Shown here: positions 35,905-42,726 of the stretch, piece by piece
Numbering within the stretch: the stretch's first letter is position 1
How the letters are laid out: the number at the start of each line of letters is the position of its first letter
DNA from: Escherichia phage vB_EcoS_ULIM2
Strand: one strand, 5' to 3'
Length of the DNA: 51,534 nucleotides
Sequence record: OQ850291
Program-made: the position numbers and the translations under genes
Notes under the pieces: generated by a model
What the model saw: the letters and a program-made list of their open reading frames with translations, nothing else
Database searches by the model: none
Told to the model about the DNA's origin: nothing

Positions 35905-36011
35905 ACTTCAATACAATTGCCTTATGGTCTGCCGTCTGGTTCTTCTGCATGGGTCATGCCATTGTTGGGATCGTAATCATGTTACTACTGTGTGCCGGAG
36001 CGTTTGAATGA
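35901..36011 (+). CDS. Small hydrophobic membrane peptide (36 aa), not in the ORF track
   Basis: ATGA overlap with the upstream stop; translation MNFNTIALWSAVWFFCMGHAIVGIVIMLLLCAGAFE. Confidence 0.4.
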   Translation: MNFNTIALWSAVWFFCMGHAIVGIVIMLLLCAGAFE

Positions 36012-36181
36012 TGCGCATTCTAATTTGCATGATGGCGGCAGTCGCCATAACTATCCTGGTTGTGTCCGGCTGCGGAGAGGTAAAAGAGCGATGTCATGAA
36101 ACCGGGAACCAGGTTACTACGTTCGTGATGGTCGGCAACGTATTGCTACCAATCACATCAAATGAAATCACTTGCGAATAG
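36008..36181 (+). CDS. Small putative lipoprotein (57 aa), not in the ORF track
   Basis: Overlaps the upstream stop; signal-like N-terminus MMRILICMMAAVAITILVVSGC with lipobox VSGC. Confidence 0.4.
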   Translation: MMRILICMMAAVAITILVVSGCGEVKERCHETGNQVTTFVMVGNVLLPITSNEITCE

Positions 36182-36221
36182 CACCTTTTGTTAAAACTCA
36201 ATTCCGGGGTTGCGATATAGT
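36179..36221 (+). promoter_or_regulatory. Box-type promoter
   Basis: TAGCAC (36179-36184), TTGTTA (36188-36193), 22 bp, TATAGT (36216-36221) within inverted repeat GGGGTT/AACCCC. Confidence 0.5.
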
Positions 36222-36252
36222 AACCCCATCGACAACGAACGAGGATACAAAC

Positions 36253-36741
36253 ATGAAAATCAAATTACTTTGCACTGGCGGTTACAAAGGCTTTACTCGC
36301 GACCTGGAAGCTGACCCTATCGTGGTTGACGCTGTGAAATGTGATGATAGCCTCGGCGGCTACCGTGTCAAAGTGGAAGACCTGGTGAAAGCTGGCGTGT
36401 ACGATCTGGACTATGGCCTATCGATTAGCCCGGTATTCGGTCCGGCAGACTTCAACGAGAAGGACGGAACTATGTTCTTTTTTGAATGGGAAGTTCAAGC
36501 GAACGTCAAGCCGCGCAAGGTTCGACTTCTCAACAATGGCGGCTACCCGATGATACCAGGTTATGAGAATCGCACGTTCCCAGTTATTGTGGACTTCACC
36601 GAAATCACTAACAACCTGGTCCGCGTCAGCAATGAGCATCTCAAGGCTGTAGGATTCACTGGCGGTATACATAAAGAGGGTTTGTGCTTCGTTCTCGAAG
36701 AAATGCACGGTTACTATCCTGAGTGCGAGTTAGTTTACTAA
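36253..36741 (+). CDS. Hypothetical protein (162 aa)
   Basis: ATG at 36253 after leader CATCGACAACGAACGAGGA. Confidence 0.5.
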   Translation: MKIKLLCTGGYKGFTRDLEADPIVVDAVKCDDSLGGYRVKVEDLVKAGVYDLDYGLSISPVFGPADFNEKDGTMFFFEWEVQANVKPRKVRLLNNGGYPMIPGYENRTFPVIVDFTEITNNLVRVSNEHLKAVGFTGGIHKEGLCFVLEEMHGYYPECELVY

Positions 36742-36782
36742 GCACGAATTGTTAAAAGGGGATTTGGCCTGACTGGTATAAT
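36740..36782 (+). promoter_or_regulatory. Box-type promoter
   Basis: AAGCAC-N3-TTGTTA (36740-36754), 22 bp, TATAAT (36777-36782) within inverted repeat GGGGAT/ATCCCC. Confidence 0.5.
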
Positions 36783-36812
36783 CCCCACATCAACCACTAA
36801 TAGGAAATCATC

Positions 36813-37319
36813 ATGTTAAAATTAGAAGACGTAAAATTCCCGATTAAGTTTATCAGCAATGGTTGCGGTGAAATTACATTCGCCAGTGAAGATAAGGGCA
36901 AATGGGCCACTGATGAGGTGTCTGAGCTTAAGTTGGATTGGTTTATCGCCAGACATAACGAAGTGAATCAAGAAAATTCACCCAATAAGGACTACTACTA
37001 CATTATGAGTGGCGGTCAGGGTGTGAAAGGCATGTTTGATGGCTGGAAGATTGAAGGCTCTGTTTTCCGTTCTGAAAAGCCAGAAATCAAGCCAATGCTA
37101 CAGTGTACTCAGATCGAGAACATGCCATTGAGCGCCACGATAAAAGGCGTTCAGATTAGCGATGAATCATGGATCGAGATTACCGCCACGCCTAAAACTA
37201 TTGAGGTACATGATGATGTGGTGATTCTCCTGTTGCATTACGGCAGCTTTAAGCACAAGACTGTATCAGGTGAAATCAGCATTAAGCGCGGAACGCTTGT
37301 ACGATACGAGGTGAAATAA
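36813..37319 (+). CDS. Hypothetical protein (168 aa)
   Basis: ATG with AGGAAA RBS. Confidence 0.5.
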   Translation: MLKLEDVKFPIKFISNGCGEITFASEDKGKWATDEVSELKLDWFIARHNEVNQENSPNKDYYYIMSGGQGVKGMFDGWKIEGSVFRSEKPEIKPMLQCTQIENMPLSATIKGVQISDESWIEITATPKTIEVHDDVVILLLHYGSFKHKTVSGEISIKRGTLVRYEVK

Positions 37320-37468
37320 TGACGGCGTGGATTTTGATTATCTTGATGAGTACCGGGGCGGATCACGTATACATGAACAGCCAGCAATCATGCAACGAGG
37401 CTCAGGCAGTTATTGCAGAGAATAAGCCGTTCGGGTACGAAGTGAAAACGATGTGTGTTAAAAAATAG
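37319..37468 (+). CDS. Small protein with hydrophobic N-terminus (49 aa), not in the ORF track
   Basis: TAATG overlap with the upstream stop; translation begins MTAWILIILMSTG. Confidence 0.35.
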   Translation: MTAWILIILMSTGADHVYMNSQQSCNEAQAVIAENKPFGYEVKTMCVKK

Positions 37469-37508
37469 CACGAATTGCTAAACCTTCCGCAAGGCCATTT
37501 GATACAGT
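37466..37508 (+). promoter_or_regulatory. Box-type promoter
   Basis: TAGCAC (37466-37471), TTGCTA (37475-37480), 22 bp, TACAGT (37503-37508) within inverted repeat GGCCA/TGGCC. Confidence 0.5.
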
Positions 37509-37548
37509 GGCCTTATTGAAGCAGAGCAACCAATCAGAGGAATCAGCT

Positions 37549-37836
37549 ATGAGAAAAACTCATAAGTTAAAAATCGCTCCGGTACATTTCATCGGAGTAA
37601 TGAACGGAACAAAAACGGCAGAGTTCCGCATCAATGACCGCAACTTCCAGGTTGGTGATATCCTTGAGCTACGCGAGTTCGATCGTGACGAGTTTACCGG
37701 GTGGGAAGTTCACGCCAGGGTGTCCGATGTTACAGACGTGACGCCATACATCAATCGCGGTTATGACGAGCAAGAATGCGACTTCACGCAATACGTGATG
37801 TTATCAATCAAGCCTTACAGGAAGGTTGGACCATGA
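37549..37836 (+). CDS. ASCH/PUA-like domain protein (DUF3850-like, 95 aa)
   Basis: KTHKLKIAPVHF...EFRINDRNFQVGDILELRE matches the pattern of small phage ASCH-like proteins from memory; ATG after the CCAATCAGAGGAATCA leader. Confidence 0.45.
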   Translation: MRKTHKLKIAPVHFIGVMNGTKTAEFRINDRNFQVGDILELREFDRDEFTGWEVHARVSDVTDVTPYINRGYDEQECDFTQYVMLSIKPYRKVGP

Positions 37837-38471
37837 AATTTGAGTGCGTATCAAGTAGCGGATCTGGTTTTAAGTTGGGAAAAACTTACAAAGGTGTTCG
37901 CGTAAATGATGACAGCTTCATCATTACTGATGAGAACGGTTGCAACGTGAACGTTGTACGGCGTCACGAATATCAGGAAATTTTCCTGCCTTATGGCGGT
38001 AGCTCAAAATATATCTTCCATCGAATCGTGGATGGTGTTAAATTTAACGACGTAATCGAAGCAATCAACCAACTGCATAATAAAGAGGTAAAATTTATGA
38101 AATTCGAATGTATCAGTGATAACACTAAAAAATTTACCGTTGGCAAAATCTACGACGTGCCTACTGAGCACGCAAAGCACACTGTAGCGCTGACCGACGA
38201 CACGGGCCGCCACCGAATTGCAACCGTAACGCATAATGGCGAAGGTCTTCGCTGGAACAGTGGTGGCACTAAGTTCGCAACGTTCGGCAAGAAGCGCAAG
38301 CGCACTTTCAGCGTCAATGGCAATGTTGCAGCTAACAAGATCCACAACGTCAAGCCGTCGGAAGTTGACCGTAAGCCAGCGCTGAAGTTTGAAGAGAAGG
38401 CAGATTTGTCTGGTCTAGCTATCGCTCTTGTTCTCCTGGTCGCTTCGATTTCGCTGTTGTTCATCATGTAA
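37833..38471 (+). CDS. Hypothetical protein with internal tandem duplication and C-terminal transmembrane anchor (212 aa)
   Basis: Two repeats beginning MKFECVSSSGSGFKLGKTYKG and MKFECISDNTKKFTVGKIYDV; C-terminal LSGLAIALVLLVASISLLFIM; the second repeat has its own in-frame AAGAGG RBS and ATG at 38097. Confidence 0.5.
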   Translation: MKFECVSSSGSGFKLGKTYKGVRVNDDSFIITDENGCNVNVVRRHEYQEIFLPYGGSSKYIFHRIVDGVKFNDVIEAINQLHNKEVKFMKFECISDNTKKFTVGKIYDVPTEHAKHTVALTDDTGRHRIATVTHNGEGLRWNSGGTKFATFGKKRKRTFSVNGNVAANKIHNVKPSEVDRKPALKFEEKADLSGLAIALVLLVASISLLFIM

Positions 38472-38478
38472 TGCTAAT

Positions 38479-38512
38479 GGGGAATCGGCTCTGAACGGTT
38501 CCCCTTTCTTTT
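38479..38512 (+). terminator. Rho-independent terminator
   Basis: GGGGAA-N14-TTCCCC followed by TTTCTTTT. Confidence 0.5.
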
Positions 38513-38524
38513 GGAGAAAACACT

Positions 38525-38635
38525 ATGCCAGACTTTTCTAATTGGAAAAACGAACCTCCATCATTTCAGGAGTTGTTATTCTGCCTCCTGGTTCTGACGC
38601 TATCTCTTAAGGGGGTGTTATGGCTACTATCATGA
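38525..38635 (+). CDS. Small peptide with hydrophobic C-terminus (36 aa), not in the ORF track
   Basis: ATG 7 nt after GGAG; translation MPDFSNWKNEPPSFQELLFCLLVLTLSLKGVLWLLS; overlaps the start of the next gene. Confidence 0.3.
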   Translation: MPDFSNWKNEPPSFQELLFCLLVLTLSLKGVLWLLS

Positions 38636-38838
38636 CCGCAGAAGATGCAGCACGTGACGCAGTGGAAGGAATGCGACCAAATACGTCCAGAATCGCCCAC
38701 TGCTACAAATTTGATGTGTCGGCAGTGCAGTTGGTACACGAAATTTTAAGGCTCCCACAAGTCGATTCAGCGCGCGTGGTGACGTGCTTAAAAAATTATT
38801 TTTGCATCACTATTAAAACGAATAGCACGAATTGCTAA
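38620..38838 (+). CDS. Hypothetical protein (72 aa)
   Basis: ORF-track ORF with GGGGG RBS; its 3' end runs into a box-type promoter. Confidence 0.4.
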   Translation: MATIMTAEDAARDAVEGMRPNTSRIAHCYKFDVSAVQLVHEILRLPQVDSARVVTCLKNYFCITIKTNSTNC

Positions 38839-38865
38839 AACTTACTCAAGGGTATTTGATAGAAT
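38823..38865 (+). promoter_or_regulatory. Box-type promoter
   Basis: TAGCAC (38823-38828), TTGCTA (38832-38837), 22 bp, TAGAAT (38860-38865). Confidence 0.5.
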
Positions 38866-38904
38866 GCCCTTCGTTGAGTTAAGCAACCAATCAGAGGAAT
38901 CACT

Positions 38905-39108
38905 ATGAAAACTATTACCGGAATGAGCGACGAAACGAGAACGCAGATCGTTAGCATGCTAATCGGCATGGCTGACGATATTCAGAATAGCCAAGTCGTT
39001 ATTGATTCATGCAATCAGACTCGTGAGAGTAAATTTGAATCATCCGGCTACAAAATTGTTGAAGAAGAATTAACCATCAAAATCATTCGCGTACAGGAGA
39101 AAGCATAA
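38905..39108 (+). CDS. Hypothetical protein (67 aa)
   Basis: ATG after the CAACCAATCAGAGGAATCA leader. Confidence 0.5.
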   Translation: MKTITGMSDETRTQIVSMLIGMADDIQNSQVVIDSCNQTRESKFESSGYKIVEEELTIKIIRVQEKA

Positions 39109-39641
39109 TGGATAAAATTACCATTTGGGGCCAGGCAATCAACCTATTTCTCGGCACGCGCCGCGTAGCAATCTTTGACTTTGACGGAACACTTAGCGAT
39201 GGATCTGGTCGACTTCACCTGCTACCTACAAAGGATTTGCACTTAACTGAAAGCTGGTCCGAGTTTAACCGCGCGGCAATATTTGACAACCCTATCCAAA
39301 GCACGATCGATGTGATGAACTCTATGTTTGCCGCTGGGTATCATGTAATAATTTTAACCGGGCGAAGTGATGAGGTGCGTTACGCATCTGAGTTATGGCT
39401 TAAGCATCACGGCGCTCGATATGATTACTTAGTCATGCGACCGCACACCGATAACCGCAAAGACACGGTAATGAAAGAAGAGGCGGTGCGCGCTATCGGC
39501 ATTGATAACATTCTGGCGGCCTGGGATGACTCACCGCAAATTATTCCATTATTCCGCTCGCTTGGAATAACCACTTACGCTGTAGTTGACTATGGCGATA
39601 AAGTTCACGAACATTTAAAATCTCACGGGGTAGATGAATGA
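39108..39641 (+). CDS. HAD-family phosphatase, nucleotidase-like (177 aa)
   Basis: FDFDGTL (HAD motif I, DxDGT) near the N-terminus; next to a nucleotide kinase gene. Confidence 0.55.
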   Translation: MDKITIWGQAINLFLGTRRVAIFDFDGTLSDGSGRLHLLPTKDLHLTESWSEFNRAAIFDNPIQSTIDVMNSMFAAGYHVIILTGRSDEVRYASELWLKHHGARYDYLVMRPHTDNRKDTVMKEEAVRAIGIDNILAAWDDSPQIIPLFRSLGITTYAVVDYGDKVHEHLKSHGVDE

Positions 39642-39748
39642 ACCTTTACGAATTTATTGCAGCACATCCGGTATTGACGGTTATCATCCTGTTAATCATC
39701 AATCACACAATCATCAATGTGGCAAAATTATTTTTAGGGAGATACTAA
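39638..39748 (+). CDS. Small hydrophobic membrane peptide (36 aa), not in the ORF track
   Basis: ATGA overlap with the phosphatase stop; translation MNLYEFIAAHPVLTVIILLIINHTIINVAKLFLGRY; stops 1 nt before the kinase ATG. Confidence 0.35.
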   Translation: MNLYEFIAAHPVLTVIILLIINHTIINVAKLFLGRY

Positions 39749-39749
39749 C

Positions 39750-40322
39750 ATGAAAACAGCTATCATTTTAAACGGCGCACCAGGAGTGGGTAAGGACACT
39801 ATCGGATGCATCCTGGCCGATACTTACGAGCACGTAGCGCTCCGCAGCTTCAAGGCTCCGATGTTTGATATTGCCCGAGCAATATTGGGTGAGGCTAATT
39901 TCGAATATTTCATGTTCTTGTATGAGGACCGTCGCTATAAAGAAGAACCAGCATCAATCCTGAACGGTAAAAGCCCGCGCCAGTTTATGATCTGGATTAG
40001 CGAAGAAGTCATCAAGCCGCAGTTCGGAAATCGCTTCTTCGGCATGCGAGCGGAAAGCAAGGTGAAAGAGTCTCACTCTCTTTCGGTATTTACTGACGGT
40101 GGATTCAAAGACGAAGTTTTGCAGATGATTGAAGGTGATATCCAGGTCAAGCTATGTCGAATCCATCGCAACGGTTGCAACTTTGACAACGACAGCCGCG
40201 ACTATATCTATCTTGACGATATGATTGGGGTCAACGGTTATCAGGAATGTGACTTCTTTTCTGTCGAAGGCCATCCAGAAATTACCGCTCAGCACATAGC
40301 CGCCACGTTCATCAATAAATAG
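39750..40322 (+). CDS. P-loop nucleotide kinase, dNMP kinase-like (190 aa)
   Basis: N-terminal GAPGVGKDT P-loop, as in phage deoxynucleoside monophosphate kinases (T4 gp1 has SGKDT). Confidence 0.5.
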   Translation: MKTAIILNGAPGVGKDTIGCILADTYEHVALRSFKAPMFDIARAILGEANFEYFMFLYEDRRYKEEPASILNGKSPRQFMIWISEEVIKPQFGNRFFGMRAESKVKESHSLSVFTDGGFKDEVLQMIEGDIQVKLCRIHRNGCNFDNDSRDYIYLDDMIGVNGYQECDFFSVEGHPEITAQHIAATFINK

Positions 40323-40362
40323 CACGAATTGCTAAAACGTCGGTGGGGTGATTTGATATAGT
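40320..40362 (+). promoter_or_regulatory. Box-type promoter
   Basis: TAGCAC (40320-40325), TTGCTA (40329-40334), 22 bp, TGATATAGT ending at 40362. Confidence 0.55.
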
Positions 40363-40394
40363 TACCTCATCGACAACGAAGAGAGAAAATCGAA

Positions 40395-40604
40395 ATGATG
40401 GTATCAACTGGTAAGTTTTTCACTTGCACCAAAACTTCTGAGGTATTCGAGCTGATTCATACTGACAACGGTGATTTCATGCATGACGGTTGCGATGTTT
40501 TCATTGAAGTGAAAGAAAGCGACTATGACGACGGAGTTTATTATAACCCGGCAGTGAACACTCAGTTTTTTACCCCGATCGAAGAGGAAGGAGAGGAAGC
40601 ATGA
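40395..40604 (+). CDS. Hypothetical acidic protein (69 aa)
   Basis: ATG after leader CATCGACAACGAAGAGAGAAA. Confidence 0.5.
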   Translation: MMVSTGKFFTCTKTSEVFELIHTDNGDFMHDGCDVFIEVKESDYDDGVYYNPAVNTQFFTPIEEEGEEA

Positions 40605-40924
40605 TAACGATTAACCTGTCAGATAAACAAGCGCGTGAAATCCTTGATACGATTGGCGATCAATTACACATCAAAGGCGCCACCTCTGAGCTGCTTAACC
40701 AGATCGAAAGGCAGCTTACCCCGACATCAACGAATCAATCTGAGTTTGCAGCCTGGAAGAGCGAGCGAACCCTGCCAAATATCATCAAGGCATGGAAGCG
40801 CAAGCATAAAAAAGAAATCAACGTGGAAGACAAGTTGACAGAGGTTTTGAATAACTTCACGCAATATCAGATCGCATACATGGAAAGAGTAACGGGATTT
40901 CATTTAATCAGTGGGGATAAATAA
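40601..40924 (+). CDS. Hypothetical protein (107 aa)
   Basis: ATGA overlap with the upstream stop. Confidence 0.5.
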   Translation: MITINLSDKQAREILDTIGDQLHIKGATSELLNQIERQLTPTSTNQSEFAAWKSERTLPNIIKAWKRKHKKEINVEDKLTEVLNNFTQYQIAYMERVTGFHLISGDK

Positions 40925-41154
40925 TGTTCGGTTTAAGCGAAGCGGAGTGGAATGTGGTAAAGCGTGCCGCGAAAGAATTAAACAAATTCGTTAGCGGAAT
41001 GAAGAAAGAAGATCGAAAAAACGACAAGATTATGATTGACGTAATATCGACTCACCACAAAAAGGTCGAGCTACTCATCGACCGCTACAAATTTGTCTGG
41101 ACTGCCGGGTATATTGCAGGGCGCGTAGGAAACAAAGAAGGGGATTACGAATAA
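40924..41154 (+). CDS. Hypothetical protein (76 aa)
   Basis: Overlapping stop/start with neighbours. Confidence 0.5.
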   Translation: MFGLSEAEWNVVKRAAKELNKFVSGMKKEDRKNDKIMIDVISTHHKKVELLIDRYKFVWTAGYIAGRVGNKEGDYE

Positions 41155-41357
41155 TGGCTAATTTACCGAAGAAAGGCGATCAGGTTCGGTGTGTCACCTC
41201 ACGCAATGGCGATGCTTTCTCAGCCGGGTGCGCGTACGACGTAGAAAAGGTTAGTAAATCAAAGAGACTTGTATTCGTGTACGGGGATGATGGAAATCTG
41301 CATGAGATTGACTACCCGCAGGATGTAACTAATGGTCAATTCGAAATTAATGATTGA
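41154..41357 (+). CDS. Hypothetical protein (67 aa)
   Basis: TAATG overlap with the upstream gene. Confidence 0.5.
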   Translation: MANLPKKGDQVRCVTSRNGDAFSAGCAYDVEKVSKSKRLVFVYGDDGNLHEIDYPQDVTNGQFEIND

Positions 41358-41522
41358 CCTACGTCACTGAGCGGTGATAGTATTAATCCCGTAGACAGAC
41401 GAGGCGCAATTAAGCGCAACGCGTGAGACGACTCTCACACTTCCAGCTAACAAGCTCGGTTGCATAGTGGTTAAGCAACGCCGCAGACCCGTAAGCGGCA
41501 ACAATTTAAAGAGGATTGCATA
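41358..41522 (+). other. GC-rich structured noncoding element with short palindromes and repeated motifs
   Basis: Palindromes GCGCAATTAAGCGC (41404-41417), GTGAGA-cgac-TCTCAC (41423-41438), GTTGC-N11-GCAAC (41459-41479), CCGC-N10-GCGG (41481-41498); repeated TTAAGC..CAAC at 41409, 41471, 41491; no ORF or promoter box. Confidence 0.4.
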
Positions 41523-41684
41523 ATGCAAAACACTAAAGACGAATCAGTTAAAATTGAAATTAAAGTAACTCGCAACGGTGAAACCACTCGTTATAAAAAA
41601 CGATTAAATCTTGGCGAGGCTGTTATTGGTCGCATTGCTGGCGTTATGATTAAGGCGCAGGAAGATGAAGCGATTCAAAGTTAA
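41523..41684 (+). CDS. Small protein (53 aa), not in the ORF track
   Basis: ATG 8 nt after AAGAGG. Confidence 0.35.
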   Translation: MQNTKDESVKIEIKVTRNGETTRYKKRLNLGEAVIGRIAGVMIKAQEDEAIQS

Positions 41685-41850
41685 ATTAATTATTCGAAAG
41701 ATGGGAATGTTTTGCCAGTCGTGCAAGCAATCTTTCGAAGCTGAATTATCAGCAACCAGTCAGGCAGAAGCCATCATGAAAGCAAAAAAACTTTCCGGCG
41801 CTAACCTTGACACTCACAAAATAAATATTGAATTAATCAAGGAGATTTAA
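41665..41850 (+). CDS. Hypothetical small protein (61 aa), start uncertain
   Basis: ORF-track ORF; overlaps the previous small ORF in another frame. Confidence 0.35.
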   Translation: MKRFKVKLIIRKMGMFCQSCKQSFEAELSATSQAEAIMKAKKLSGANLDTHKINIELIKEI

Positions 41851-41851
41851 C

Positions 41852-42079
41852 ATGACCATTTTTTTATTGATTATCGCTGGTATCGTTATTTTTGGTGCTG
41901 GTTTGTTTGCTGGGTTCGCACTTGTTGCGGCAGCGATTGCGATGGACGCGAAGGATAAAACTGGTGTATGGCTGACCTACTCACCTAAGAAGGACCAATG
42001 GGAAATGATTGGCGACCTTGCTCACTGCTACTCTAAAGCCAAGACCCACCCTAAAGGCATTAAACGACGATTATCGTGA
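41852..42079 (+). CDS. Small membrane protein (75 aa)
   Basis: AAGGAG RBS; N-terminal hydrophobic stretch IFLLIIAGIVIFGAGLFAGFALVAAAIA. Confidence 0.5.
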   Translation: MTIFLLIIAGIVIFGAGLFAGFALVAAAIAMDAKDKTGVWLTYSPKKDQWEMIGDLAHCYSKAKTHPKGIKRRLS

Positions 42080-42088
42080 TAAATACTA

Positions 42089-42109
42089 ACCCGCTTCGGC
42101 GGGTTTTTT
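42089..42109 (+). terminator. Rho-independent terminator before the packaging module
   Basis: CCCGC-ttcg-GCGGG followed by 7 T. Confidence 0.6.
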
Positions 42110-42122
42110 TATGTCTGCAATA

Positions 42123-42146
42123 TGGTAAAATAGCACTAAATGTTAA
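42123..42146 (+). promoter_or_regulatory. Late promoter candidate with the palindromic box downstream of the -10
   Basis: TGgTAAAAT at 42123-42131 followed immediately by TAGCAC-N4-TGTTA (42131-42146); TerS ATG at 42164. Confidence 0.4.
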
Positions 42147-42163
42147 ACAAAGAGGATGGATTT

Positions 42164-42688
42164 ATGAGTGAACCTAAGAACGCTCCCGTAGTCCAGGGTG
42201 GTAATTTCAAAGAGCTATACAAGAAAAAATTCGGCACTGTTCTTGCGAAGAACCGGGCAATGACGCCTGAACAATTGTTCGATCTGTCAGTGAAGTACTT
42301 TGAATGGGCCGAGGACAACGCGATCAAGGCGTCAGAATCAGCCAGCTTTCAGGGTGGCGTTTATGAATCGCTTGTTCATAAACCGCGCGTCTTCACCTGG
42401 ACCGGGTATCGACTATTTATCGGTGCAAGCGAGGCCGCAATCATTAAGTGGAAGCGTGAGGAAGAATACAGTGAGGTTATGGAGTTCGTGGAATCCGTAA
42501 TCAACGAGCAAAAATTTCAGCTTGCCGCAAACGGCGTTATTAACGCCTCATTTATCGGCAAAGATCTCGGAATAGACAAGCCAGCTTCAATCAACATCGA
42601 AAACTCAGCAGCTTCAGCGTCGACCACAGTCGCCACTACTGAGGACGCAATGAAAGAGGCTGTAAACAGTATTCTTGAAATGCTTTAA
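42164..42688 (+). CDS. Terminase small subunit candidate (174 aa)
   Basis: Immediately upstream of the large terminase gene; AAGAGGA RBS. Function from position only. Confidence 0.5.
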   Translation: MSEPKNAPVVQGGNFKELYKKKFGTVLAKNRAMTPEQLFDLSVKYFEWAEDNAIKASESASFQGGVYESLVHKPRVFTWTGYRLFIGASEAAIIKWKREEEYSEVMEFVESVINEQKFQLAANGVINASFIGKDLGIDKPASINIENSAASASTTVATTEDAMKEAVNSILEML

Positions 42689-42726
42689 CGTTACGGGCGC
42701 GCAAGCACCCATACAGGAGAATTGAT

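Noticed and set aside
38823-38837. Resemblance of TAGCACGAATTGCTA to the sigma54 promoter consensus TGGCACG-N4-TTGC
   Set aside because: The first G of the GG dinucleotide is A in every copy, the spacing between the two elements is 2 nt too short, and a sigma70-type -10 follows at a fixed distance.
41358-41522. Possible tRNA gene in the GC-rich noncoding gap
   Set aside because: No acceptor stem/T-loop arrangement and no GTTCGA-type T-loop could be found by eye; the only GGTTCGAAT-like string in the genome (near 1430) lies inside the major tail protein coding sequence.
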